IMG/VR virus record: IMGVR_UViG_3300000156_000110
Coordinates: 47,019-67,018 of that record
DNA length: 20,000 nt
Reading direction: 5' to 3' (one strand)
Origin: an uncultured virus (IMG/VR IMGVR_UViG_3300000156_000110)
Taxonomy: Duplodnaviria; Heunggongvirae; Uroviricota; Caudoviricetes
Below are positions 1 through 7,150 of this stretch, one piece after another. A model generated the notes under the pieces. That model searched no databases. It had not been told where the DNA came from and saw only the letters and a program-made list of their open reading frames with translations. Numbering within the stretch: position 1 is the stretch's first letter; each line of letters starts with the position of its first letter. The translations under genes were made by a program, and so were the position numbers.

Positions 1-86
1 ACACGACCAGTGAAGTAGTTGGTGACGGTGCGAATGAACACCTTCTCGCCGTCCTTGAGTCCAATCGTTCGTGTCACTTCGGGCAT
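1..86 (-). CDS. 5' part of small conserved phage protein (MPEVTRTIGLKDGEKVFIRTVTNYFTGR...), runs off the window
   Basis: ATG at 86 with AAAGGAG RBS upstream; open to window edge; VFIRTVTxYxTGR resembles small beta-barrel (possibly Sm-like) phage proteins. Confidence 0.6.
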   Translation of the reverse strand, partial: MPEVTRTIGLKDGEKVFIRTVTNYFTGR

Positions 87-301
87 TTCTCTCCTTTGGG
101 TTGGAATGGCAATGACAGCCGCACCGCCGAGCACAGACACCACTCGCACCGCCGAACGTGGGGCAGAGCCAAGTCCCTCGCCATCCACCGATGACACGAG
201 GGACAGCGTGACGGGTGACGGGCGGCCCAGACGAACGAGCGGGCAACGAGGGTGACAGCGACCGCGGCGCAGGCGATGGCGTAGATCGTGGGGAGGCTCA
301 C
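74..301 (-). CDS. small membrane-anchored protein with CxxC...CxxC zinc-finger-like motif (75 aa)
   Basis: GTG at 301 overlaps upstream stop (GTGA); hydrophobic N-terminus then CPSC...CEWC; 3' part of ORF 74..553. Confidence 0.55.
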   Translation of the reverse strand: MSLPTIYAIACAAVAVTLVARSFVWAARHPSRCPSCHRWMARDLALPHVRRCEWCLCSAVRLSLPFQPKGEKCPK

Positions 302-462
302 GATCGTCCAATCACCGTGGCAATCGTCAACCATCCGACGCAACCAAGGAGGACGATCACCAACATGACCCAAGCCAGAAGATCCCAACCTCGATAGGCG
401 AACCACACCCCGATGAGGCCGCCCGTCGCGAAAAGGATTTGGCCGAGGGTGCCGAGACTCAC
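298..462 (-). CDS. small two-TM membrane protein (54 aa)
   Basis: GTG at 462 overlaps exonuclease stop; two hydrophobic segments. Confidence 0.6.
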   Translation of the reverse strand: MSLGTLGQILFATGGLIGVWFAYRGWDLLAWVMLVIVLLGCVGWLTIATVIGRS

Positions 463-1112
463 GCGATGACCGCCGAGTAGATAGCACGCGCCCACAACGC
501 ATCACCGAGGGCGGTGTGGCGATCGAAGTCCCTCGGGTCGACACCGACGGCACGGCTCAGCGCCTCCGACTTCCACGGTGGCTTCGCGCCAGTAGGCGAC
601 TCGTTCAGCTCATGGTTGGTCCAGGGGTGCTCAAGGCAATAGTTGGATGGACCGTCCTCGGTGTTCATCATCCCGAAGCGACATGCAGCGGTCTTGGTTC
701 GCAGATCCGCTGCGTTCCAGGCGACGCGGCGACCGGCGAGCCATCCCGCGGCAAGGGCCTCCACGTCGATCAAGTGGTAGTGCCACATTGGGCACTGACC
801 ATTGGCCCGCAGGAGCTTGCGCAGGCGTTCCTCGTCGAAGGAGATGACAGCACCGGCCAGGTGGAGCCCGTCGGTGAGACGGGCGAACGCTGAGGCGAAA
901 GTCCAATGGTCAGTGAGCCCCTCTTCCACCGCTCGCCGACTTCGATAACCGTTGATCTTGAGTGCCATAGGGTCAGCCCGGCCGAGGTCGACAGGGAGCT
1001 GCCAAACATGCCGGTAGTCGTCGGGCGTGATGAGCGCCACTTCCCAGATCTCATGCAGTTCGGGATCAAGGCCAGTGGTTTCCGTGTCGACGAAGCAGAC
1101 GTTGTCGAGCAT
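459..1112 (-). CDS. DEDDh 3'-5' exonuclease (DnaQ-like)
   Basis: ExoI FVDTETTGLD, ExoII ISFDEERL, ExoIII HTALGDA; ATG at 1112 in TGATG overlap with AGGAGG RBS. Confidence 0.9.
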   Translation of the reverse strand: MLDNVCFVDTETTGLDPELHEIWEVALITPDDYRHVWQLPVDLGRADPMALKINGYRSRRAVEEGLTDHWTFASAFARLTDGLHLAGAVISFDEERLRKLLRANGQCPMWHYHLIDVEALAAGWLAGRRVAWNAADLRTKTAACRFGMMNTEDGPSNYCLEHPWTNHELNESPTGAKPPWKSEALSRAVGVDPRDFDRHTALGDALWARAIYSAVIA

Positions 1113-1564
1113 CAACAACCTCCTGCCCGGCCTGCCTCGGCCAGTTGAGCGGCGAGAGCCGTTACTTCGCCCTGGACATATTCAACCGTCCTGTAGGTGG
1201 TGCCCCAATGTCCCGGAATGCTGATGTCCGGAAATGGAAACCCGGGCACCAAGTCCCCGGCGTGGCCGCAGTCGAACCCGAACCACCACACATCGCCTGA
1301 TTCGCCCGGTTGAGGAACATGACAGATGCCCTCACCTTCCTCGCCGTCGCAACTGGCGGCATAGGTCAACCCCCCATGCACGTCGACTTGCTCGGCACAC
1401 TCGGAGTATCCGAGGCCATGCCAGGGATGGCCGGGAGCGACCGCTACATAGCCGCAGAGCATCCCAAGGCGGGCACGCCTGATGAGGCACGGCATACCGG
1501 TGGCCTCGTCGCGCCACTCGACGCGATCGGGTTCGTCGGTCCAGGGTCCGCTCGTTATGGACAT
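1112..1564 (-). CDS. conserved phage hypothetical protein (CGYV / VHGGLTY / GFDCxH family), 150 aa
   Basis: Motifs LCGYVAV, VDVHGGLTYA, WWFGFDCGHAGD, YRTVEYV typical of a widespread uncharacterised phage family; ATG at 1564 in TGATG overlap with GGAGG RBS. Confidence 0.8.
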   Translation of the reverse strand: MSITSGPWTDEPDRVEWRDEATGMPCLIRRARLGMLCGYVAVAPGHPWHGLGYSECAEQVDVHGGLTYAASCDGEEGEGICHVPQPGESGDVWWFGFDCGHAGDLVPGFPFPDISIPGHWGTTYRTVEYVQGEVTALAAQLAEAGRAGGC

Positions 1565-1740
1565 CAGTGGCCTCCCGTCCATGTCGCCTCGGCCAACCCG
1601 GGCATGGCACATAACTCAGTGAGCATCCGAACCTCGTGGGGCGTGGGAGGGACCGACACCTTCATGGTGACCGATCCCTCGGGAGTGGTCGCGATCAGGT
1701 GCGGGTGGCCGACGAAGGGTGCCGCTGTCTCGGCGCTCAC
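1564..1740 (-). CDS. hypothetical protein (58 aa)
   Basis: GTG at 1740 overlaps stop of the 35-aa peptide and its own stop overlaps the next ATG; 3' part of ORF 1564..2331. Confidence 0.55.
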   Translation of the reverse strand: MSAETAAPFVGHPHLIATTPEGSVTMKVSVPPTPHEVRMLTELCAMPGLAEATWTGGH

Positions 1741-1844
1741 AGGACCATGCTCCAAGTCCAGACCACCAGAGCCGCGAGCATGGCACCGATGAACACCAGG
1801 AAAATCACCACTGCGACATCGCTCGGGTCGAGCCCTCTCGCCAT
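1737..1844 (-). CDS. 35-aa single-TM peptide MARGLDPSDVAVVIFLVFIGAMLAALVVWTWSMVL (not in ORF track)
   Basis: AAGGAGG RBS, ATG at 1844 just downstream of promoter P1, stop at 1737-1739 coupled to the next GTG. Confidence 0.7.
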   Translation of the reverse strand: MARGLDPSDVAVVIFLVFIGAMLAALVVWTWSMVL

Positions 1845-1874
1845 TCGCCTTGCCTCCTTGGGTTGGAACTCGGA

Positions 1875-1904
1875 AGTGTAACCGTACCGGGGTGCGGTTC
1901 GCAA
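1875..1904 (-). promoter_or_regulatory. promoter P1: TTGCGA-18bp-TACACT with palindromic operator as spacer
   Basis: Minus strand TTGCGA ACCGCACCCCGGTACGGT TACACT; intergenic, ~30 nt upstream of the ATG at 1844. Confidence 0.75.
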
Positions 1905-1910
1905 GTGAGC

Positions 1911-1944
1911 GGGACGGTCCCCACTCGTCAGCGACGACCGTCCC
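1911..1944 (-). terminator. GC-rich hairpin, probable terminator or 3' stem of small RNA
   Basis: GGGACGGTC/GACCGTCCC perfect 9-bp stem, extended by G-U-containing pairs on the minus strand; no U tract. Confidence 0.55.
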
Positions 1945-2036
1945 TACCAGCCGCCCCGCTTGACTAGTCATCCGTTCCGAGCACTCGGTCGGATCGGTAG
2001 CCCCTGGGAAGTCGCGACCCCACGGTGACGGCTGGT
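1911..2036 (-). ncRNA. putative structured small RNA (~126 nt) expressed from P2
   Basis: Predicted +1 (2036) coincides with the first base of a 10-bp closing stem (2036-2027 with 1955-1946); internal nested stems; G-U pairs favour the minus strand; no credible ORF. Confidence 0.55.
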
Positions 2037-2042
2037 GCTCGA

Positions 2043-2071
2043 ACCCTACCGCACCGGGGTGCGTTACGCAA
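2043..2071 (-). promoter_or_regulatory. promoter P2: TTGCGT-17bp-TAGGGT with palindromic operator in spacer
   Basis: Minus strand TTGCGT AACGCACCCCGGTGCGG TAGGGT, immediately after the MTase stop. Confidence 0.75.
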
Positions 2072-2912
2072 TCAGTTACCAGGAACCGCCACCGCCTCGA
2101 CGACCTCGAAGAACATCGGGCCCACGCGTTGACGGGCCAGTTCGACATTGCGAACGTCAAGGTCGATCCCGATAGCCGACCGGCCGTGCCCGTGAGCGAC
2201 CGCCAGTGTGGTCCCTGATCCGGCGAAGGGATCGAGAACCAGACCATTACGCCAGGCGCTATGACCGCAGTCGGTCCAGCCAGTCGTGATGCGCTCGGCG
2301 CTGACGATGGCCGCCGGTCGAGACCCGCCATTGCGACCAGTCGTGCGGCTAAGAGCCTCGGGCGCCTTGTTCGGGAACTGGTGGTAGATGTCGGAGTGTG
2401 ATCGGTTGGCCGCGTACTCCGGCGTGTCCTCAGTGATCCGTTCGCTCGGTCGTCCGCATTCCAGGCACACCCGTCGAGGACACATCGCCTCGATCGGGCG
2501 AATCAGGAGGGCCTTGGGCCAGGTTGCAAAGTGGGCTCCGGGGTAGCCCTCGGTCGGGATCTCCCACCAGTCGAGGGGCGGCGCGCCGGCGGGGTTGGAC
2601 GGCACTCGGTTGTCGTAGTTGGCGGTTTGGACCTCGGCCGGATCGCCCTTCTTCGACCCGTTGGTTGTGCGGGTTCGCTGGTCGATGGCAACGGTCCGCA
2701 CGGCGTCGAGGTCGAAGTACCTCGTCCGCCCGGTGCAGGCCACCAACATCTCGGAGGTCGCTGGACGGAACTTATCCGCCAGTTCGCCAGGCGCAGGATT
2801 CGGGCGGCACCACCGCACGACATTCCGCACCCGCCATCGGTCGGTCGTGCGTCCGGTGAGCGGGTTGAACCCATAGACCATCGCCCACGATGTATCGCAC
2901 GGTCGCGCTCAC
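2072..2912 (-). pseudogene. beta-class N4/N6 DNA methyltransferase with internal deletion/frameshift (catalytic motif IV absent)
   Basis: ORF 2072..2881 has HFATWP and SAM-binding VLDPFAGSGTT...IGIDL but no (D/S)PP(Y/F); a typical N-terminus MSATVRYIVGD starts at 2912 in another frame and stops at 2772. Confidence 0.7.
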
Positions 2913-2919
2913 GCCTCGG

Positions 2920-3303
2920 TCACCGGTTCCACGAGGGCCTCAGCATCCCGGCCAACGTGGCCAGGCGCGGTTCATCCTCGGTGAAGCGATGGCAGTTGTG
3001 GCAGAGGGCGAGGCAGTTGTCGGAGTCGAGGATCGAGCCACCGCGGGAACGCTTCTTGATCTCGTGAACCTCGGTCGCGAAGCGTTGGCAGTTCGCACCC
3101 GCCGCGAACAGGGCGTGGGCGTCGTGAGGCATCGGCGAAATGGACGTATCGCCACCCACCAATGTCAGCGCAGCATCGTCGATCAGTGGCCGCCCTTGAC
3201 ATCGACGGCCATCATGCAGGAACTCGGACACCAGGATTCGGCGCTCGACGTAGACAGCCTCCATCTTCTTCGACCGTTGCCGAAGTCGGCCGGATCGCTT
3301 CAT
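2920..3303 (-). CDS. HNH endonuclease-like protein (127 aa)
   Basis: C...C, EVHEIKKRSRGGS, NCLALCHNCH; ATG at 3303 in ATGA overlap. Confidence 0.8.
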   Translation of the reverse strand: MKRSGRLRQRSKKMEAVYVERRILVSEFLHDGRRCQGRPLIDDAALTLVGGDTSISPMPHDAHALFAAGANCQRFATEVHEIKKRSRGGSILDSDNCLALCHNCHRFTEDEPRLATLAGMLRPSWNR

Positions 3304-3461
3304 TCGGCGAATACCGTCAGAATGGTGCCCATCACGACCACCCCGACAAGGAAGCCCTGACCCTCTGGCCTCATATGGCAATGATTGATGAGGGCACCAA
3401 TGGCGGAACCCACGATTCCGCATGCGATTAGGTACCAGACCCGATGAACGCTGACCTTCAC
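3300..3461 (-). CDS. small two-TM membrane protein (53 aa)
   Basis: GTG at 3461, 4 nt after the Rpf stop; two hydrophobic segments; stop overlaps the HNH ATG. Confidence 0.55.
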   Translation of the reverse strand: MKVSVHRVWYLIACGIVGSAIGALINHCHMRPEGQGFLVGVVVMGTILTVFAE

Positions 3462-3465
3462 CGGA

Positions 3466-4002
3466 TTACCCCGCCAAGTACCGCCCGCACGCTGGCCACT
3501 GCCCACGACCAGCTCGTTCGTAGAGCATCTGAGCCCGCATGTCCTGTTCGGCGGCCGAGGCGTGGGCCGGGTTGCCCGTCCCGCCGACGTTGGCCCAGGT
3601 TCGGAGCGAGAACTGGTAGGCGCCGTAGTAGCCGTTGCCCGTGTTCCGATCGTAGGCCCCGCCGGATTCGCACTGTCTGAGCTTGGCCCATTGCTCGGCG
3701 GTGGGCGTCGAGCGCCCGGAACGGGCCGATACGGGTGCCTTGGGTGCCCGAGGGGGCGCAACGGTCGTTGAGGGCGTAGAGCGGGCCGTTGGGGCCTCCA
3801 CCGGGGCAACCGAGAGCGCCACGATCGGGGGAGATACCACGGCGTTTGCCACTTCCACCGGAGAGGGCATAATCGGGGCGTAGGGCTCGGCGTGTGGGAC
3901 CGCGAAGGACACAACCCTTCGAGGGCTTTGGATGACCGCTTCGGTCGCTGACACGACCGTCGAGAGGATGGCCAAGGCGAGTCCCACCACGCCGGCCCTC
4001 AT
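3466..4002 (-). CDS. rpf: secreted or anchored resuscitation-promoting-factor (Rpf)-like lytic transglycosylase
   Basis: WAKLRQCESGG (catalytic Glu), NTGNGYYGAYQF, TW, EQ, QWPACG; N-terminal signal-like MRAGVVGLALAILSTVVSATEA and P/A/T-rich linker; alternative TTG start at 4047. Confidence 0.9.
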   Translation of the reverse strand: MRAGVVGLALAILSTVVSATEAVIQSPRRVVSFAVPHAEPYAPIMPSPVEVANAVVSPPIVALSVAPVEAPTARSTPSTTVAPPRAPKAPVSARSGRSTPTAEQWAKLRQCESGGAYDRNTGNGYYGAYQFSLRTWANVGGTGNPAHASAAEQDMRAQMLYERAGRGQWPACGRYLAG

Positions 4003-4050
4003 TAGGGGTATCCACCACCGTAGGCATGGACCGCAGGCCCAAGTCAAGCT

Positions 4051-4335
4051 TCACGACGCGGCCGCCCGTTGACGCTGGACGCGATCCCACAGCGTCGGAG
4101 GCGGATGCTCGATGCGATGTTGGCGATCTCTGATCCGTCGCCGCTCCTTCGCACTCAGTCCGCCCCACACCCCGTGCTCGCGTTCTCCCGCCACCCGGCA
4201 TTCGTTCGCCACCGGGCATTCGGCGCAGAGTTGACGCACCGCTGGACGAACGTTCTCGCCGTCTTGGGGGAAGAACAAGTCCGAGTCCATTCCCCGACAC
4301 GCGGCCTCCAACCTCCACTTTTCGGCATCTTTCAT
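4051..4335 (-). CDS. whiB: WhiB-family Fe-S transcriptional regulator (94 aa)
   Basis: W..AAC, LFFP, CAECPVANEC, GVWGGLS..ERR; ATG at 4335 in ATGA overlap. Confidence 0.93.
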   Translation of the reverse strand: MKDAEKWRLEAACRGMDSDLFFPQDGENVRPAVRQLCAECPVANECRVAGEREHGVWGGLSAKERRRIRDRQHRIEHPPPTLWDRVQRQRAAAS

Positions 4336-5006
4336 GACTTTCGCCTCCTGTCCTTTCCGGTGATCCGCATGACCAACGCGCCCCCCACCAGGCGCGAGTA
4401 GGTGTGTTCTCCGACCATTGCCTCGAAGGACTTGTCCGTAGGGTCGAGGTTCGTGGTGACGATCGTTGGGAGCATCTCCAACCACCGTCGGTTGACGATC
4501 AGGCCGAGGGCCACGGTCGTCGCTTCGCTCGATTTCTCGGAACCGAGGTCGTCGATGACGAGCCGACCCACGGTCAGCATCCGGTGCATCTCCGAGCGCG
4601 AGTTGTCGTTCGGTTGCAACTTCCAGAACATCTCACCAGCGGGCTCGAAAGCCACGTCGAACCCGCGCCCGAAGGCAGCTCGGACAGCGGCGACAGCGCA
4701 ATGCGACTTCCCCGGGCCGACCGGGCCGAACAGGACCAGGTTCGGCGGCCGCTCGGCCACGGCCCACTCCGTGAGTTCGTTCAGTTGTCCGGTGTCGAGG
4801 TCGAGAGTGTCGAGAGATGCATCCCAAAACCGCATCGGGATCTCGGCTTGCCACCGCATGAGCGCCATGGCCGCCCGTCGATCGTTGATCTCCTGCACCG
4901 CCTCGCCGTCATCGTCGTTCAGCGGGGCCAGGCTCGGGCCCGGAGTGGCCGCCAGGCGCTCCCGAAGCTCCTGAAGCGAGTCCGCCACCATCTTCGGGTC
5001 GCTCAC
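4332..5006 (-). CDS. DnaC/IstB-like AAA+ ATPase, putative helicase loader
   Basis: Walker A GPVGPGKS, Walker B LVIDDLGSE, PTIVTTN, SRL, GKDRR; directly after the initiator gene. Confidence 0.88.
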   Translation of the reverse strand: MSDPKMVADSLQELRERLAATPGPSLAPLNDDDGEAVQEINDRRAAMALMRWQAEIPMRFWDASLDTLDLDTGQLNELTEWAVAERPPNLVLFGPVGPGKSHCAVAAVRAAFGRGFDVAFEPAGEMFWKLQPNDNSRSEMHRMLTVGRLVIDDLGSEKSSEATTVALGLIVNRRWLEMLPTIVTTNLDPTDKSFEAMVGEHTYSRLVGGALVMRITGKDRRRKS

Positions 5007-5779
5007 AGCCTGAACACCGCCCCCGGCAGATCCCGGTCCACCTTGTTCTCGGGACGATCGTTGGCGGGCAGGACAGCCCGGCCCTTACCTGCGCCGAGGG
5101 CGAAGTCGAACGAGTTGCGACTGAACACGGTCATGGTCCGCAGAGCCGCGGTGACGGCTTCGGGGGAGTGCCCTGCGGCCAGAGCCTCGCCGATGCGAGC
5201 CCGGAGGGCGAGGAACCCGCAGACGGGTTTGGGGTTCCGCCGGTCCCATTCGGAGCGTGCGATCTCGTTGGAGAGCTTCCTAGAGGTTTCTAGGTCTAAT
5301 TCATAGGTCACTAAGGAAGAAGGAACTGACGCTTGCGCGTCACTTCCAACTGACGTTGGCGCGTCACTTCGGAACTGACGCTTGCGCGTCACTTCGGGAT
5401 CGGGTTCGTGAAGGATTCGGGCCCTCTGGATGGCCTCGAAGACCGGCCTCCATGCCGTGGTCGGGCCGATATCGCGCTTGAACCGGCGGCACTCGACCAA
5501 CTCGGCTTTGGTGAGCACGGACTTGGCCCGCCGGACCTGTCGCAGCGACAACCGCGTCTCACCCCACCACTCGTCATCGGAGCGCAGGAGCCACCGCTGA
5601 CCGGCCCGCTCGAACTTGCACCGCGGGGTTCCGTCCTTGGACGGTTGGTGCCACCACAAGACCTGTGAGAGCACCAGGGCGACGGGGTAGTCGCATTCGG
5701 TCACATCGAGCACCCAAGTCTCGATGAAGACCCCGCGGCTGTCATAGTGGGCCGACTGGCTCCCGTCTCCGATGGTCAC
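5003..5779 (-). CDS. putative replication initiator (winged-HTH, lambda O-like organisation)
   Basis: HTH-like WWGETRLSLRQVRRAKSVL; internal DNA direct repeats; coupled to the DnaC-like gene. Confidence 0.75.
   Translation of the reverse strand: MTIGDGSQSAHYDSRGVFIETWVLDVTECDYPVALVLSQVLWWHQPSKDGTPRCKFERAGQRWLLRSDDEWWGETRLSLRQVRRAKSVLTKAELVECRRFKRDIGPTTAWRPVFEAIQRARILHEPDPEVTRKRQFRSDAPTSVGSDAQASVPSSLVTYELDLETSRKLSNEIARSEWDRRNPKPVCGFLALRARIGEALAAGHSPEAVTAALRTMTVFSRNSFDFALGAGKGRAVLPANDRPENKVDRDLPGAVFRL
5324..5395. repeat. three 23-bp iterons AACTGACG(CTT/TTG)GCGCGTCACTTC, putative replication origin
   Basis: Copies at 5324-5346, 5348-5370, 5373-5395; internal dyad TGACG...CGTCA; adjacent AT-richer tract 5281-5320. 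Confidence 0.8.
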
Positions 5780-6324
5780 AGTTCGACCGTTCGGATAGTT
5801 CGGACCTGAACGATGGCGTTGTCACTGAACCAGATGGGCGTGTTGGCCCCGACAAACCGGCGCATATTGGGATCGCGAATCTCCCAACCCGGTGCGATCA
5901 GGTCGAGATACCGGGAGTTGAGAGCGTCGCCGTACGAGACCGTGACCAATTGGTCACGCGTAAGTGGGTTGTGCCAGGCGTTGATGCACCCACCATCTTC
6001 CCTCACGAAGTGGACGGGAACCGTCCGCCGCGGCAGCTTCAAGTGCTCAATCAGAACCGATTGCGGCCATTCAGGGTCGACCAACACGGGGATTGTTCCG
6101 GGCAGAGGAGGCCCTGACATGGCATATTTACCCGGACTCAGTGGTACGCCCGACTCCACGAACCAGCGCTCGATGACGGTCCCGGCAATCTTCATCGCCC
6201 AATGCGAGTCCGACGCCCACAACTCGCCATCCTTGTCCGCCACGTACAGGTAGGCGTCGATGGCCGCGAACAGGACATCGAACCCGGGGTCCACCGGAAC
6301 CTCGCCGGTTTTGCTATCGTCCAT
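5776..6324 (-). CDS. hypothetical protein (182 aa)
   Basis: ATG with GAAAGG RBS; stop overlaps the initiator GTG; no motif recognised. Confidence 0.7.
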   Translation of the reverse strand: MDDSKTGEVPVDPGFDVLFAAIDAYLYVADKDGELWASDSHWAMKIAGTVIERWFVESGVPLSPGKYAMSGPPLPGTIPVLVDPEWPQSVLIEHLKLPRRTVPVHFVREDGGCINAWHNPLTRDQLVTVSYGDALNSRYLDLIAPGWEIRDPNMRRFVGANTPIWFSDNAIVQVRTIRTVEL

Positions 6325-6335
6325 CTGACGCCTTT

Positions 6336-6458
6336 CGTTCTCTGTGTCTTCGGATACGTGGAACGCCTGGGGTGTTGCTCCGGTCCTCTATCGCCGGGGG
6401 GCCGGAACCTCTCACGAGGTTGGAGCAGGAAGGGAGTCCTTTCGGGGGCTCCCTTCCT
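6336..6458 (+). ncRNA. putative antisense structured RNA (or ssDNA structure) with two UUCG-capped hairpins
   Basis: Stems 6336-6365 (cUUCGg), 6382-6403, 6406-6421, closing 6376-6381/6422-6427, and 6427-6458 (14 bp, UUCG); wobble pairs are G-U on the + strand. Confidence 0.55.
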
Positions 6459-6490
6459 CGCGTGCGGTGCCTTGTCTGAGCGGGCGAAGG

Positions 6491-7150
6491 TTACGTCTGG
6501 ATTCCGCGCTTCGCCAGTGCCTTTTCGGCTGCCTCCACGAAGTCGATGATCTTGCGGGCGGAGTTGAGTAGCTCGGGTCGGGTGGTTTCCTCCCCCCACT
6601 TCTTGCCCGTCCCGACGCTGTCGAGCAGGCCCAGGGCGCGCCCCAAAAGACGGTCGGCGGCGGAGGGGTCGGGGCGCTTGGCGATGCCCGGAGCTTGGGT
6701 GGTCGCAGCCGCAGAAATGCGCGGTGGTCCAACTCTCTGACCTGCACCTTTACCAGATTCACCGCGCACTTTTGGAGCCGCGGCGCGAGGGCTCGCGGCC
6801 TGCTTGGCCGCGGCTTCGGTGACCGCCTGAGCCGCCGGTGTGGTCTTGTTGGCCTTGGCCCGAGCTTCGATGGCCAACGCCTCCCGCGCCTTCGCGAGCG
6901 CGGAGTAGGCCGACGACCGACTCGTCCATCCCCATCGGTTGAGGCAGTAGTCGGCGAAGGACTTCTGTCGGGCTCGGTAGAGCTTGCGGTCATGGATCTC
7001 CACGAAGGCACCGAACACGGCCTTGCCGAACTTGTCGGTAGCCCGGTCGATTTGGTTTTCAAGCTCCCGCAACCGGTCGGCCTCTTCGCGACTCATCGTC
7101 TCGATCGGTACCTCGGTTTTGGCGTCAGGGAAGGCCAGTTCTTGGGTCAT
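6491..7150 (-). CDS. putative DNA-binding phage protein (EIxDxxLYR...FxDYCxxRWG motif) with Ala/Lys-rich linker, 219 aa
   Basis: FVEIHDRKLYRARQKSFADYCLNRWGWTSRSSAY resembles a common HTH-like phage domain; ATG at 7150 in ATGA overlap, GAGGAG RBS. Confidence 0.7.
   Translation of the reverse strand: MTQELAFPDAKTEVPIETMSREEADRLRELENQIDRATDKFGKAVFGAFVEIHDRKLYRARQKSFADYCLNRWGWTSRSSAYSALAKAREALAIEARAKANKTTPAAQAVTEAAAKQAASPRAAAPKVRGESGKGAGQRVGPPRISAAATTQAPGIAKRPDPSAADRLLGRALGLLDSVGTGKKWGEETTRPELLNSARKIIDFVEAAEKALAKRGIQT

Noticed and set aside
1959..2036. CTTGACTAGTC and GGCTGGT on + strand resembling vertebrate Y RNA ends; tRNA-like or hammerhead identity for the small RNA
   Set aside because: Segments are in the wrong order and on the strand opposite the promoter; no T-loop/CCA or CUGANGA/GAAA core seen
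1741..2331. 5' extension of ORF 1564..2331 as a real 255-aa protein
   Set aside because: Overlaps the MTase 3' end, two promoters and the RBS-supported 35-aa gene; only the last 58 codons fit the coupling pattern
4332..5006. IS21 IstB transposition helper
   Set aside because: No IstA transposase or terminal inverted repeats; context next to an iteron-containing initiator indicates a helicase loader
5324..5395. Palindromic direct repeats as a mini CRISPR array
   Set aside because: Only 1-2 nt between repeats, no spacers, inside a CDS; iterons fit better
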